Shown here piece by piece: positions 36,854 through 64,000 of a stretch of DNA of 64,000 bases. The translations under genes were made by a program, and so were the position numbers. Source of the stretch: Balanoglossus misakiensis (Eukaryota; Animalia; Hemichordata). The stretch is from assembly GCA_040954595.2 (NCBI GenBank), contig CM082588.2, positions 4,280,156 to 4,344,155 of the forward strand, in the 5' to 3' direction. Positions within the stretch are counted from its first letter, which is position 1, and each line of letters starts with the position of its first letter. The notes beneath the pieces were generated by a model. That model searched no databases, was not told where the DNA came from, and saw only the letters and a program-made list of their open reading frames with translations.

Positions 36854-36893
36854 GTTGCCATGACAGCCGAACAAATGCTTCGTGCATATATAA
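36854..36893 (+). promoter_or_regulatory. Tubulin 1 promoter: X-box-like site and TATA box
   Basis: GTTGCCATGACAGC (36854-67), TATATAA (36887-93). Confidence 0.6.
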
Positions 36894-37037
36894 GACGAGG
36901 AGGCAACGGTCCCCAGTTAGTTGATTTGACTCGCGTGTACGAACTCATCGTAGTCGTCGTGAGCTACAGTCCACGAAACTCTCTGCCAACCATTCACTGT
37001 CAAGTTGCCATTTTCACTCCCAAAGCAAGCTTCAAAA

Positions 37038-40493
<3,456 letters not shown>

Positions 40494-41335
40494 CAACAAT
40501 ATATGTAGTTGTAAATAGAGATCAATCAGATAATATATATTTAGTTATTTCTGAATCTTTTTTCTGTAACCTCAATTTCAAAAGTCTGGAGTTTTTCTTA
40601 TGTATTTGTACATTAAATTTCATATTGAAAACAAATATGTGCTTTCTGGTATTATATTCTGACATGTGTCATGTCTGCGTAAAGCAGAGACTAAGCAAAG
40701 AGTAAAGACGCCGCATTTTCTTAGACTACTACCAGATTGGGCCAATGTTAGCCATGGAAAGAATTCGGCACGCCCGACCCCTATCGTGAGACAGGGAAGA
40801 AGACTACTATACAACCCAAGCTATTTCGTCATTGGACTGAAATAAAACGAGACAATACGAATAACAGAGAAAATAAAAAGATTGGGACGAACATAACATG
40901 GACATCCCTTGTCATTCATTCATTCATTCGAGTGAATGGCGTTATTTTTATTAGCTTGTTCAAACTGTACAAACAGTCCACTATCGTTGATAATATTCAT
41001 TAGTCATACACACATCAAAGGGTTCATGGTTAAAGCAAAAGACAAGACCACAAATCGCAATTTTCGAGGAAAGGTATTTTATTGGGAAAATGACAGTATC
41101 AGAAAATGTCAAGTTGTGCAGAGCTGCCATGTTAATCTACTGAATATGGATTTTGGAAGATTTATTTATCAACGTTCATTACTATCATACAGCCAATCTT
41201 GAATGCTTCTAAAAGATTGAAGCTGCAGTGACCATGAAGTTCTCGTCGGAAAATGTAGTAACTGTACTCTATTGTAGCTGTTGAACACGAAGGAATGATT
41301 GCAATGTCACACACGTCTTCTTACTTTTTCATTGT

Positions 41336-43848
<2,513 letters not shown>

Positions 43849-43983
43849 GGTTTCGGTTGAAGATGATTTGAAATTAACCAAATATGTCAGTAAAACGACA
43901 AATTTTGAAGTGGTCGCTCACGGTGTCCTTTACGATTCAGGATTGTGAGTTGAAGTTTGAACTGAACGGACAACATTCTCGTC

Positions 43984-44084
43984 TTTATAAGGGTTGCCAA
44001 GATGGCCGTAACCATGGCAGCACCAATGAGAAACGCCTGTCTGATAGTTAGGTAGAGTCCGATTGGCAGCTGAGATCACATGAG
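43984..44084 (-). promoter_or_regulatory. Tubulin 2 promoter: TATA, X-box-like, CCAAT, E-box
   Basis: TATAAA (43989-84), GTAACCATGGCAGC (44008-21), CCAAT sites near 44023 and 44063, TCACATGA (44077-84). Confidence 0.6.
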
Positions 44085-45139
44085 CGATAGTTTTCAGATC
44101 GTGATTCAACGTTCTTTGTACCAGCTGAGAGAAAATGGGTTCCAGGTCAGAGGGGTCGACTATGGGATAACAATATCGGGTTTTAATTGACACATGATAT
44201 TGTTACAAAGCTTTGCATATTACCGTAGTCAGTTTAAGTCCGGGACGTGTGATGAAACCGTGGCTAAGAGCTTGTGTGTTGTATTCTATACAATTCAATT
44301 AAGACGTGGTGAAAAATAGAAGGCAGCAAATAGTGTTTTTCGAGTAAGTTGCTTTATATCATACGCGAAATAGAGAAACTCCAAGGCCGATCAAAGTGAC
44401 ATTAAGCGTAGCCTGTGATTTATAAGAAGTCAGCACCCGTTGACTAGCCACCAGACGTGGTGATGTGATCATACGTGTCGCGTCGCGTCGTTGTTTACCG
44501 ACGGTCGCCATGATACGCTTATGAAAACCTAAATCCGATACACCTGATACCAGAGGCAATAGAGCCTCACACCTATACTATTATACATGGAGCATAAAAC
44601 AGTGCTCAGTTATCTGATTCGCACACTGTTAATAAAGCGCGATAACAGAAAAGAAATTCAAGATTCATAATACTATGTACATGTACAACACTTTCCACTG
44701 GCGCGTGGAATACCAGGTGTGTGAAATGGCCCTAAGTACTTTAAAAAACCGACACATTAACAGAAGGGCTGTCATGCGGAACCCGTGCTTTTGTTGGCCA
44801 TTTTTCATTACTGCACAGGTGGAAAAGTATGGCGGGGTCATAGGTCACTGTAATCACGAGGTCGCTCAGCTACAACAATGAGCAACGTTGCATGCTTGTA
44901 CACGTAATACGTCGAGATATCTCAAAATGTCGTGTGTGAACTCTCCCAAACTTTGTTACTATTAGGAATTCGAACAGGCTTCGAAAAGTTGAAATATCAC
45001 TTTTAAATTTTATTTGACAAAAAGGTTGAAAAGTTACATTATAGAAGACCCCTTTCTCTCGCTGGAAAACTGCTCATCAATGTGACCCAAAAATTTCCAG
45101 GAAAATGGAGAGGAAACTGAGAGCGGGTACGCGATTGAT

Positions 45140-46969
<1,830 letters not shown>

Positions 46970-47073
46970 ATTAGCAAATTTTATCTGGTAAAAAAGTGGA
47001 AAGAAGTCTTACAGTTACCACTGCAACGCCGGGTACGTAAGCTGGTATATACTTTCCAATTCCTTAACTTCTC

Positions 47074-47168
47074 TTTTATACTCCAACACTCCATCGATCA
47101 CCACATTACCGGCCATTCCCGTCCCTCGTTGGTTGAAACCGATCACGTGATTGTATCACCCGGGCAAC
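47074..47168 (-). promoter_or_regulatory. Tubulin 3 promoter: TATA, E-box, X-box half site
   Basis: TATAAAA (47080-74), TCACGTGA (47143-50), CACCCGGGCAAC (47157-68). Confidence 0.55.
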
Positions 47169-49006
47169 ACCGGGCACGCGATTTATCTAATCAGTACAAG
47201 AGACGAGATCAGAATCGATAGGTCATGTGACATTTATCGCAATACAGTTAGAGTGCCTCATTCAAGTTTAAGTATTTACCGCCTGATGGTATCATTAAAC
47301 CGGGGTTGTTGAACCCAGACGACGTTTTACGACTATTACAGGTCAGTATTAATTGTCTAGACATTACATTTGTCTGTTTGGCCCAGATATTGTAACCAGG
47401 TTACCGAAAACAACTCGTCCTATTTACAGGAACACTGAAGCATGATGGGAGGCAACTTTTCATTTAAAGTTCTCTCTGTTGGATCTTTGGTATCGACGAC
47501 TTGTCCGTTTTTTTTATTGTAGACTTGTTAGCGTAAGCCATAAGATATGTGTCTCGCTTTTTTCTCTTATTATTCTATGTTTATTTGGTTGTGACACGCA
47601 TGAAGGTTACAGGACTGCCAAGTGTCTTATCGACCTAGTGACCGTGGGTCCAAACGTCACGTTCACATTTAATGGTATGGTACATGCAGTTAGGACATCA
47701 TTAGCATTTTGAATGCATTCTGTTCTGTGAGTCATAAAACCAAAGATGACGTATTTTCAGTTAACAATCGTTTCGCCGTTGAACAGCCAAATTACTGCCA
47801 TGCTTCGCTGGTAATCTCAATTTCACGTAATTAAACACTATAGAGATTGTTTCGCGAAAAAATAAAGTCTGAGAAGTCTCGAATCCATATACAAATGCTG
47901 TAAAAATTAATTCCTATAAGAGAAGTAAATACAGGCCCTGTGTTACGTTTGCCAAATTACTAAATGAAAGATAGTTATCGAAAATCGATATTTTGTGTTT
48001 TATTTATTTAACTACTCATTTATGGTCATTATTCGCTTTGTGTCTATTTGTACATGACGTCAGAACCAGGATCAATTTGAATGTAACGCGCTGTCAATTT
48101 CAATATACTGAAAAGGACAAAACTTACGCCTGTCTCTTTCATAATCAGATTTAATAATCAGATTTTTTTCTCACAGGAAATTAGGTTTCGAGGGTAACAA
48201 AGTGTTAGGCCTAGTCAAGTGATAATAATCAAGTATACTTTCGAATTTAAAGGGTCCTATTTGTCCACTGATATAATATTATATAAACGATTTCAGCCCT
48301 ACATCAGGCATGACCCTATGGTCCGTCGCTAACGCACCCTATCTTACACTTCACAACAGAAGAAAAGCACAAACCGAAGTCCATTTGTTGACTTGGCTAC
48401 GCTGTTTTGACGGCAATCTATCTCCATATGCACCATTGAATAAATCAAACAGTGGCACCTTGCCCTTTAGCCTTCCATTGCACCGTCAGCGTCAATCATT
48501 CTGCTGTTCCAATTTCTTTTCACCATAAACAGTACAACGAAACATATTCGGTCAGTTAAACTGACCAGTGAAAAAATAAGACCAAGAGACAATTTTTGCT
48601 AGACGCCAGATTCTTTATTGGCTCGGAATTTTATAAGTTAAAGGGTCTATGTACAGGTTATTTCTGTAAACAGTAAAGACAACTTTGTACAAGGACATTT
48701 AATACAAGCAAGTACTGGTAGGCGTTCGAATGTTGTCAGTGTTCGGGAGATAAACTTGACCCTGCAAGGGAGTCAGAATATCACCGCGACAGATGGAAGA
48801 TTCTACAAATCACCTTCGTCAGTCTTTGTGTATTTTTAATACTCAGTGGAGACAGTGGAATTGGCATCAATAAAGTTTAGAAGGAAGGCAACACACAATC
48901 AATTCGGAAGAAAGAGGCTACATGATCTGATAGCATCACACTGGATATTGATTTTATTCGTTTGGCTTGGGTTCAGCATGGATCATTTTGTGGCGCAGTT
49001 TCAAAC

Positions 49007-50962
<1,956 letters not shown>

Positions 50963-51087
50963 GTTGACGGTTGTTTGTTAGGTTGCTGTAACACGGCAAA
51001 TAATTTAAACTCAGCACGTTGCTTACGCTGACCGATAATCTGACGGTGTAGTAAGACGCTGTGGTGACACAGACTCGAATTGCCCCC

Positions 51088-51182
51088 TTTTATACCCAAG
51101 ATATATTGCTGTTGCTAATCCTCGCGCGTTCAGACCCCCTGATTGGTGGCCGTTGCTCACGTGACCCCGGTGCCATGACAAC
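51088..51182 (-). promoter_or_regulatory. Tubulin 4 promoter: TATA, CCAAT, E-box, X-box-like
   Basis: TATAAAA (51094-88), CCAAT (51146-42), TCACGTGA (51157-64), GGTGCCATGACAAC (51169-82). Confidence 0.65.
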
Positions 51183-54100
51183 ACCGAGTAGGTTATGGAT
51201 GGACTAGGTATAAACACGAAAAACGACAGAGTTTAACGATTCACTGTGTGTCAAGTACCTTGGGTGTTCACCTTTGGGTGTTAGAAACATTCCATCGCAT
51301 CGACCTGCACATGAAGAACATACCCGCGCAGCCTGGTCGTAAAGACATGACGTTGCTACTTGCAAAAATCTCAAAGAATGGCTCAATACACTTCTTTTTA
51401 TTTAATGCTCCTATGTGAAAACCCGACCAGGCTTTTCACAAATCCAATAATATCGCCCAAAAAGATAACAACGCGGGCGAAAACACTTGATTTGTTGTGT
51501 GTGGCTGACTCTTAATCATGCTGAACACGTCGTCCTTTGAGTCCCCTCACAAAAGATTGCGATGACCTTTGGTGGCCGCAGAATGCCGATGGCCTACCCA
51601 CCAACGAACAACAAGGCAACTTCAAAACGCTGTGAAATCGCACTTGACGTGTCGGCGGTGCCACTTGAGTTCAAACAGTCCATCATCAGTCAACCTGATT
51701 AAACAGCAGACCCACCAGTCTGTGATTAAACACTCACAAAGTCAGAAACATTTTAATGCATTTTTTGTTACCAGCGCTCCAACCTTTTTAGTTAATCAGT
51801 AGTGTTATCACAAGATGAAGTCGCCATTACAATGTCCAACCGGACTCTAAAATGAACATCTATCCGATATATTGGCCACGTTCAATTATTCCCTTCGTTG
51901 TGTACTTCATTGTCAAGTGATGGCGGTTAATGCCACCATTGGGGACACTACCTGGACACTTGGTTACTATACCATGTATTCATTTTAAGTGCTTAATACG
52001 TAAGGCTTGATAAACCCTGTTAGCCAAGGCTGTGTTTTGGCTTGGATCGCCGAAACATGATACAACTCGAATCCGCCTGAGAGATTTGCAACCAGTCAAT
52101 TAATAAAGCAATTAATATTTGCGTCGTCAGGTGTGCATAGGCGGTTTTAAAAAATCTGGCAACATATACTGCGATGCGATGGACGGCGAACCTGGATCCG
52201 GAGCCGATACACACATGTTGCTATGGTGACCTGAATACCAACAGTGTGTGTCATTGTTGGTGATCTTTGACTCTTTTTGCGAAAATATCCTTTCACTGTC
52301 TTCTATAAGTTTATTCACTGGTTAAGATGTCTGGAGTGTTCTGTCTGGTGCGTGTATAGGTATTTTTCGACAGGTTGTTTTCACCTTTGTGGGAACCGTC
52401 GCAATTCTAGACCTATTGTAAGGGCATTGTGAAGATTTGATAGACCGGCGGTTTAATGTTCCCATCCCAGATAACCCCTCGTGCCCCGAATTCCCGAGTG
52501 TTTAGCTATATGACTTCCATCTCCTCAGGCCCTTTGTGCAGAACTTGGTCCACCGCACTGGACTTCATTACAAGTATATATGCTTGTATCGCGCAAACCA
52601 ATCGCCAGCAGCCGTTGCTCTGAGCCCAGAGTTATTTACCTGTCACTTAATTGAAACAGCAATCCGTTTTGCAAACAGTTGTCGCTGCGTTCTCCAGGCA
52701 TTTTTTAACAATTTGGCTTTAATTAACATGGCGCGGTTGATCAATTACCATATGGGTGATCATTTGAAAGCGACAATACCGACTTTTTTATTTGTGGCAA
52801 TCGATGGCTGCGTTATGAGCCCGCTGAGAGTTGATCAATACAAAAAAAAGTTGACTCACGGCCAAGCTATAGTAACACATTGCCAGCAGGTTGTAACAGT
52901 CCATGTAAAGTGATTTTTTATTACTGACTGATCTGAAGTCAAGTATGTCATTTTCAGCACTGGGATTAGAGTCTGACAAGGGTCGGTTTACCAAATTACA
53001 CAGGCCTAGTATGTCAAATGTGATTTGGTCAACGGCCTGTTTCTGTCGGAATGTTGAGGTCGGTGATCGAGTAAAATGCCAATGTCACGGTTTATGTCCT
53101 GGAATGAAAATGTTTGTGGCAGGAATAATTGGGGGTATTGTTCGTGAACGGGATTTCCATTCATGGTCTGTTTTAGGAGATTGGTGTTCTTTGATACGTT
53201 GCAGAACAGCATATGACACGCTTAGCAGAAGGGGCCATAGACATTGACACTCGCCTGACACCAGTAAACAACAACCGCCACAACAACTATGGTTGCTGTC
53301 TGGGGTTACAGTCTGACTGTTGACCAAATAAGCGACTCGGACTTTGTACTGTTTTACCGGGTAGAGACCTGTGTTTGACTGGCATAGAGGCTTGGTGCTT
53401 TATTACATGTACATGTACTTTAATCAGAAACCACTTCACATAATTTCAATCACACGCAGTCCATCATTTTTATCGTTTAATTGTACTACAAACTTTTGTT
53501 CGAATTTAACGACACAAGCACTCAATGTCCAGACACATCGTTGTTTGATTTACAGAAATGTGTTTAAACTTGCCTAGGCATTATTTTTTACAGTTCACTG
53601 ACTTTTAAGGTTTCCTGATTGTTGTTCGCTAATTCATGACGAGTGTCCCCATTCAGGCGCTGAATTATGTTCAACGATATCACGTTCATGTGTTCATTTG
53701 ATCGAGTGCCACCTGTTGCTTGGGGACGATACTCTCGACAAAACAGCGACGCCATTTTCACCTTCAAGCCGAAAACCGTTGGTCATTTATCTGAGCAGAA
53801 CCACGGATCTATGTCGAGAGACGTCCAAACCGAGTGGCGCCATCAACGGTCATAATATAATGTGTATAATTTGTAAATTGTTCGTTGCATGGAAATTAAT
53901 ATAAACTCATGTTTTTCTGAAAGTGCATCGGTGATCGGACACTTCAAAGTAGATGCGACGCCGCCATCAATTAATGTTGAAATACAGAACGAATAATTGT
54001 CTCTCTTGAAATTCAGTCAATCAATAGAGCTACATGAAAGGCAACGATACATCACCAGACCAAGGCTTACATGTACATGCAATCATTATCGATAAGTTAG

Positions 54101-55323
54101 GTGGTTGCAATTGATAGGGGTTGTCTTGACAACGGTGCCGTGTATTTGGAAAATGCGAATGCGGTACAATATCAGACTCGGGTGTCTGCATAATTTATGG
54201 ATCGATGAAAGGACAATTCATACGTATTTTTTCCACAGTATTGATGATATCTCTGGCACAGAGACAATAAGCTGGTTTTACTGCCTTTAGGCCTATACGA
54301 ACGACATTATTTACGATATTATTCGTTTGAAAGCGTTTGGATCGTTTGAACGCTGCCAAGGTAAATCGCACTGCATGGTACGTCACTTCCTGCAAATTTG
54401 CTTGGCGATGTCGTTCTGGGTCATGTGATTGTCGCGTTGTCATGGAGAAATCATTGCGGCATTCCACATATATTCACTGGGATGTGAAAACAGCAAAAGT
54501 ACAGTAACAACGAGCGTTAAGAAAGTCGATGTTGGTTAGCGATCGTTTAATGTACATGTTGGTGTGGCTTTTGCACAAATCAATCGACCTATATGAGTGT
54601 CAGGATAAACTTCTTTACAGATCATCGACCTAAAATTTCATACATCCAAATATAAGTTTAAAAATATGTTACTTATTAGAGTAAAACATACTTCGCGTGT
54701 AAGTTGTTCTACCGATAGATTTGCATCTGGACCGGCGTCTCATGAAGTGGCCAGGTTCCTCACAAACAAATGAACACCGGGGAAGAGAAACAGCAAAAAC
54801 AATGATACATTCTAAGAAACTTCTTTATTGAGATGCATTTACAAAGAATGATTGAAATGGTACAAAGAACATGAAATAAATAATTTACAATCACAACCGA
54901 CTTCAGAAAACATGCCAATACTGGCATTGCCAACAGAGCACAGATGTTGTTGCTTTGGCCATCTATTATAGTTTAGAAAACATGACAAGCCAATATGTCA
55001 TCCTTTCTGATTTCTGTTGAAATTTTATTCATTTCCTTTGAAGGACGTTAAATTATACAATAAGGACGGACAGAATCCTGAGACGTACTAGAGTTTTTGG
55101 CATTGAGAAGTCTATGGTGTGATTTGATCACAACCTTTTGGCATACTAGTATGTAAAGCGTGAACACCCCTACAACGAAATCGAATGGACTCATTTGCTG
55201 TACATGTTGTCTCTGTCAGTCCAAACCACAGGCTGCAATGGGGGTATACGGTTAAAGCGATTGACTATTCTCTTGTTACATCGATGAGTATGACAGGTTA
55301 ACGGGAGAGTGTCGGTGGAGTTT

Positions 55324-57697
<2,374 letters not shown>

Positions 57698-57824
57698 GTT
57701 TGATTGTTAGGTGCTGACAACGTCTGAGTCTGTCAAGGGATCGGTTGGGTTTGTGTCTTACGCTGACCGTGGAGTCGTCGGCTTCGCAAGAGCAGTGAGT
57801 GCAGCAACCGACAATATTTGATGC

Positions 57825-57900
57825 TTTTATACGAATATTGTAATCTGGTTGCCGGCCAACAGTTTGGATCCCGGGGATTGGTTGCGTTCTGTCACGTGAC
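57825..57900 (-). promoter_or_regulatory. Tubulin 5 promoter: TATA, X-box-like, CCAAT, E-box
   Basis: TATAAAA (57831-25), GTTGCCGGCCAAC (57848-60), CCAAT (57881-77), GTCACGTGAC (57891-900). Confidence 0.65.
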
Positions 57901-60900
57901 CCCGAAGCCATGCCGACCCCGAGATATATGTAATGTTGTTGATCGTTCCTATGTGTACTGGCATTACTGTCATTGTCATTCTGATCGCGGTTTGCGGGGA
58001 CAGAAGCGACCTCGTGACCCGAACAGATTCATGCGTGTAAGCCCCCCTTTGTGTTCAGTAAAAAAGAAGAGGGGCTCTTTTAAAATGTTTTATTTGCAAT
58101 TTTCAGAGGCCAACTTAACAGTAAGCACACGCCCTGTAAGCTGTTAGGCTCTTACAACAAATACAACTATTTGGTTTGGAATTAAGTTGGGTACAGGTCG
58201 CACAGGAGAAGGGATTTGCTCTCCGGTATTTTTGCCATCGTAAAGTATGAAGACATTCCCTTTCTCGAGTGCTACATCAATCTTATTTATGATATCGGTT
58301 GTTCCCTTTTCACTGCGAAACATGCGCACCCTCCCCCCAAATGGATGTGCGACAGACCACAGTTTGATTTGCCATGTTCCGACGTGTTGAAAATGTAACG
58401 GAAGAAATACAGTACTTGTCCAATCGGTGGGCTACTTCTGTTAGCCCCAACAACATATAAGCACATGGATTTTTGCGTTGTTACTGATAGAAAAACCGCT
58501 TGTAACAAAAATCGATATTCCCGTCCAGAGTTGAAGTGGTCGCCAAAACTGCCTATGCGTTCGCTTTATTTTTAGGACAGTGTTCTTGTATAGCGATGTG
58601 ATGCCGCAAGTGTAATGACTATCCCATCAGCTGGTGTACATGTACTTGAACCTCATCACCTTTCGTGAACACCGTCAGTTCATGAACCCAACGAAACCAT
58701 GACAAGATATGTGAAGCGTGTTAGTATATTGAAACTTTTCATAGCGAAGTGTTTTTCAAATTAGACAGACACGTAAATGGACTTTGTCAGCGACAAACCT
58801 TAATTATCATCACCGGTGTCGCGCTGTGGAATGCTTGTGTTCAGTCGGTTCTAAATGATTTCATCGATTAAAAATTGTTTTGAGAGAACAAGCAGCGTTT
58901 CACACGATATTTCACAAAGCAACGTCCACAGATCATTTCGCTTGACAGTGTGCTCCACACAGAAAGATTGTTGTCATGGAAACCGAAATGCCCAAGCGAA
59001 GATCGCCTTTCTGGAAAAAGCGACAAGATACCCATTTTGATCACGCTGCACGATAGCATTGTTGGTATATTTTGCTGCTGAGCATGTCTGTGTCGTTCAG
59101 TTCAAAGCGTTGAACGGCCATCGGGGTCTTTATGAAAAAATACAGAACGAGTCCAGACTTGACTGCGTTCTCGGTGAGAAATGTGCACTTCTTTGTCACT
59201 CTTGTTTTGTCTACATCGTAAACCCAGCCTGAGGTCATACAGGTGATGTGTACGGTATTGTATGACCCACTCATCTCTTAACAATGCATGAATCCATCAT
59301 TGTGTGGCTCTATCGACGCAAATCTGACCACCGGCCAACATCAAATACAAAACGGCCTCGAGACAAGACTTTACAGAAGTTGAGAGAATAGAAGCAATCC
59401 CGATATCCACAGTCCAAGGCAATGCCAAATCCCCGAGGGACAAGATATTGTTAGGGGACTCTACCGTCACACGCGCTTTTGTTTGTGGCCTCATACAGCC
59501 GTGAAGATTTTCAGACTTTTGTTATGTGTAGTCATGGAAACTAAGACCCCTGTCAGATACGGGTCAAAGATCAACCGTTGGGTGGTGTTTGCCAACTAAC
59601 GGTTACTTTGAGCAAGCGAAGACTTCAGAAAAGTGAAATCGACGAACACAGCGGCGCGAACAAAGATAAGGTTAAGACAGTCACCACGCTAGCCTTACTT
59701 TCCATTACTTTTCATATGTTCCTATCGGACTGGTTCTGGCAATACACGCGTTACTTTCTTCGACATGTAAATTTTAGTGCGTCCTTTGCCTGAGATACTG
59801 GCATACTCGGAATGCAAATTCATATGTTCCATTCCTTTCAAATGGTCGTTTTATCTTTTTATTAGACCAAGGGCAAGTTTCGTGGTTCTCGAGTTCTAAG
59901 AGATCTTAGTCACAGAAGACTCATCGAATTGACTGACAACGGAGGTTCCCGTCTAGATTAATTGCCAATTGTTTTGTCGCTAGTTAGAAGTAATTGACAT
60001 TTCAAATACCGTTAGAAGCAAAGCGTTACACGATTGGCTTGGTTTTTAATATATGAACTGCATTGGAATGTGTTTGATTAAAAAATACCCGTTTATCTTG
60101 CCGAAACTGGGACTGAAGTTCAGCTGTTTGTCTGTAATGCATTTTTATTGTTCATGATCGTTGAGTTTTGCTGGCATAGCATTTGAGTCAAGGCGACACG
60201 CAAATATCTGATGCCTGAATCATTACACTGGGCGTCTTTGTTGAAAACATTATGGTGTAGGTGTTACCGGTGACGTCATAATCTTAGATGAAACGCTACA
60301 TAGAAACCGACGGTGGATTGGCCCACGCCTCTTATTGACACTTAGGCAAAGTGCACGGCGCGGTTTCAAGAATCGAGATGAGTTGATGGCATAGAATAAA
60401 GTTCAGTAAGGTGAAAGGTCGACAAAGAAAGTTAAGAGGAAAAAACAAACGGTATCCATGGAGACGCAGACTACTGAAAAGTATACACAGACGACCTAGA
60501 AAAAATTCTCAAGTGACGGATCAAGCGAGAAAGCTCGTACTGTTGCGTTGCAGATTAGAATCAACTAAACAGTATCGGTGTGTGGTAACATTAAATCTGG
60601 ATTTTTTTAGTTTTGTCTGGTGTATGTGTTAGTGTTGTGTTCACCCAAGGACAACTTAGCAACCACCAGCGGTATATGTTATGGGGTATTAAACATCTAC
60701 ACCCAGTTCCACTTTGAAACTGTAGCGACAAAGCCCTCAGCATGTCATTGTAATTTCAAAAGACATAAAAAGCGCCCGTCGTAATTTATGAGAGGGTAGG
60801 TGGACACATCGTTTTAGTTCTCTGTTAGCTTTATTGCCAACAAATATTTCGCTTGTCCACAGCTACAAAGACCAGTCGTACCAATTCCACGAGTCGGCCA

Positions 60901-61423
60901 ATTGAAAGGGTGACCGGTGAGGGCGAGCAAATGTATGGACAGGCGTCATCAGTTTTGAAATTTAACCCGGGGTGTCTTCGCTATAGCCAACGTTGATCAA
61001 CTAGATGCAATGTTTTCGATGAATATTACCATAGTCTTTTTACTACCAAACATCCACACCGAAGAACACGTTTTACTGTAGGGGCATAAACTTATTTTTT
61101 TATTTCTCCATTGAAATGTGCGGTCGATACAATAAGTTTTCTGTTGTGTTGTTTTATCTCATCGGGAAAGGAGTCATGTTTAATTATCAGAATGATCTCA
61201 CAGCAAATGTCTGTACATTTTTAAAATTTAATTTAGTTGGTGACCAAATTGGTGTAATGTATCCTTAATCCTTAAGAAGAAACTTGACTCCTGATCTACG
61301 TGGTGAATGCGGGCCTTATCTTTTCAAAATATTTTGCATTCATCCGATAATAAATTTATTAAAATGTGATGCACGTATTGATTTTAGTGGATCTCACTGC
61401 ATGTAAGAGTCAAATCTTGAACT

Positions 61424-63472
<2,049 letters not shown>

Positions 63473-63598
63473 TGTCAGAAAATTTTTCTTGGTCGACAAC
63501 AACGAATCTTGAGTTGAATTCTGGGTTTGCGGTTCTTACGCTGACCACTCGAAGTCGGTTTCGTAAGGTATGTGTTGTCTCGCCTCTGCAAGTCCAGC

Positions 63599-63706
63599 TT
63601 ATATAGGTGGTAGGAACGGCTTTGGTTGCCATACCAACAGTCACTTTGCACTACCGGGCCATAGTTGGTTGCATTGGCTAACACGTGACAGTGTAGTCAT
63701 GGCGAC
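63599..63706 (-). promoter_or_regulatory. Tubulin 6 promoter: TATA, X-box-like, CCAAT, E-box
   Basis: TATATAA (63605-599), GTTGCCATACCAAC (63625-38), CCAAT (63677-73), CACGTGAC (63682-89), GTAGTCATGGCGAC (63693-706). Confidence 0.6.
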
Positions 63707-64000
63707 AGACGCGTGGCTTTCGCGATTGCGAGGTGACAGCGTTTGTGAATGTGAGATACTGCGTGTGTATGTAATGTTTTGATTAAATCTATTTAAGTAT
63801 ATTCCTCCCTTGACTCCTGGGTTATGGCAATAATACGCCATTTTAGGTTTATACGTATATTTGCAGAATGCCTTAGTTTACCCGGTGCGTCAACCAGGTG
63901 CTGTTGACACTTCATAATAGTTGATCCTGGATTGGAAACCCCATGTCCACCAGCGAATTATTAATTAAATTTGTATGATTATCAACAAATGCCCCCTGCT

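Noticed and set aside
51200-54800. Short ORFs in tubulin spacers (also 58000-61000) as hidden genes or retroelements
   Set aside because: No spliceable exon chain, domain motif, TIR/TSD or LTR could be identified by eye; a repeat-library search would be needed.

Overview
AT-rich, intron-containing animal genomic DNA, probably a marine invertebrate bilaterian (taxon not determinable from this window); not prokaryotic, and no CRISPR, rRNA or tRNA seen. Gene models were spliced by hand from GT-AG boundaries, in order: 3' end of a PDE10-like phosphodiesterase (+); HINT2-like histidine-triad hydrolase (-); GPI-anchored Ly6/uPAR three-finger protein (+); NDUFB4 (-), head-to-head with Polycomb Scm/SCMH1-like (+); PEX7 (+), tail-to-tail with FIG4 (-, one U12-type intron); then six intact 4-exon alpha-tubulin genes (37-63.5 kb; one +, five -). 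Several MITEs with TIRs and TSDs (P-like, Harbinger-like, TTAA/Kolobok-like) lie in introns and UTRs. Best candidate for an undescribed system: the HINT gene looks modular. It has two alternative in-frame first exons (a mitochondrial-type presequence, and a hydrophobic signal anchor behind a perfect RFX X-box) and a duplicated, probably mutually exclusive 105-nt exon whose second copy replaces the ribose-binding Asp. Second: all six tubulin genes carry a position-locked 5'UTR 12-mer (RGWMRNYGTRAG) 59-65 nt after the TATA box. Gene names come from recalled family motifs, not database searches.
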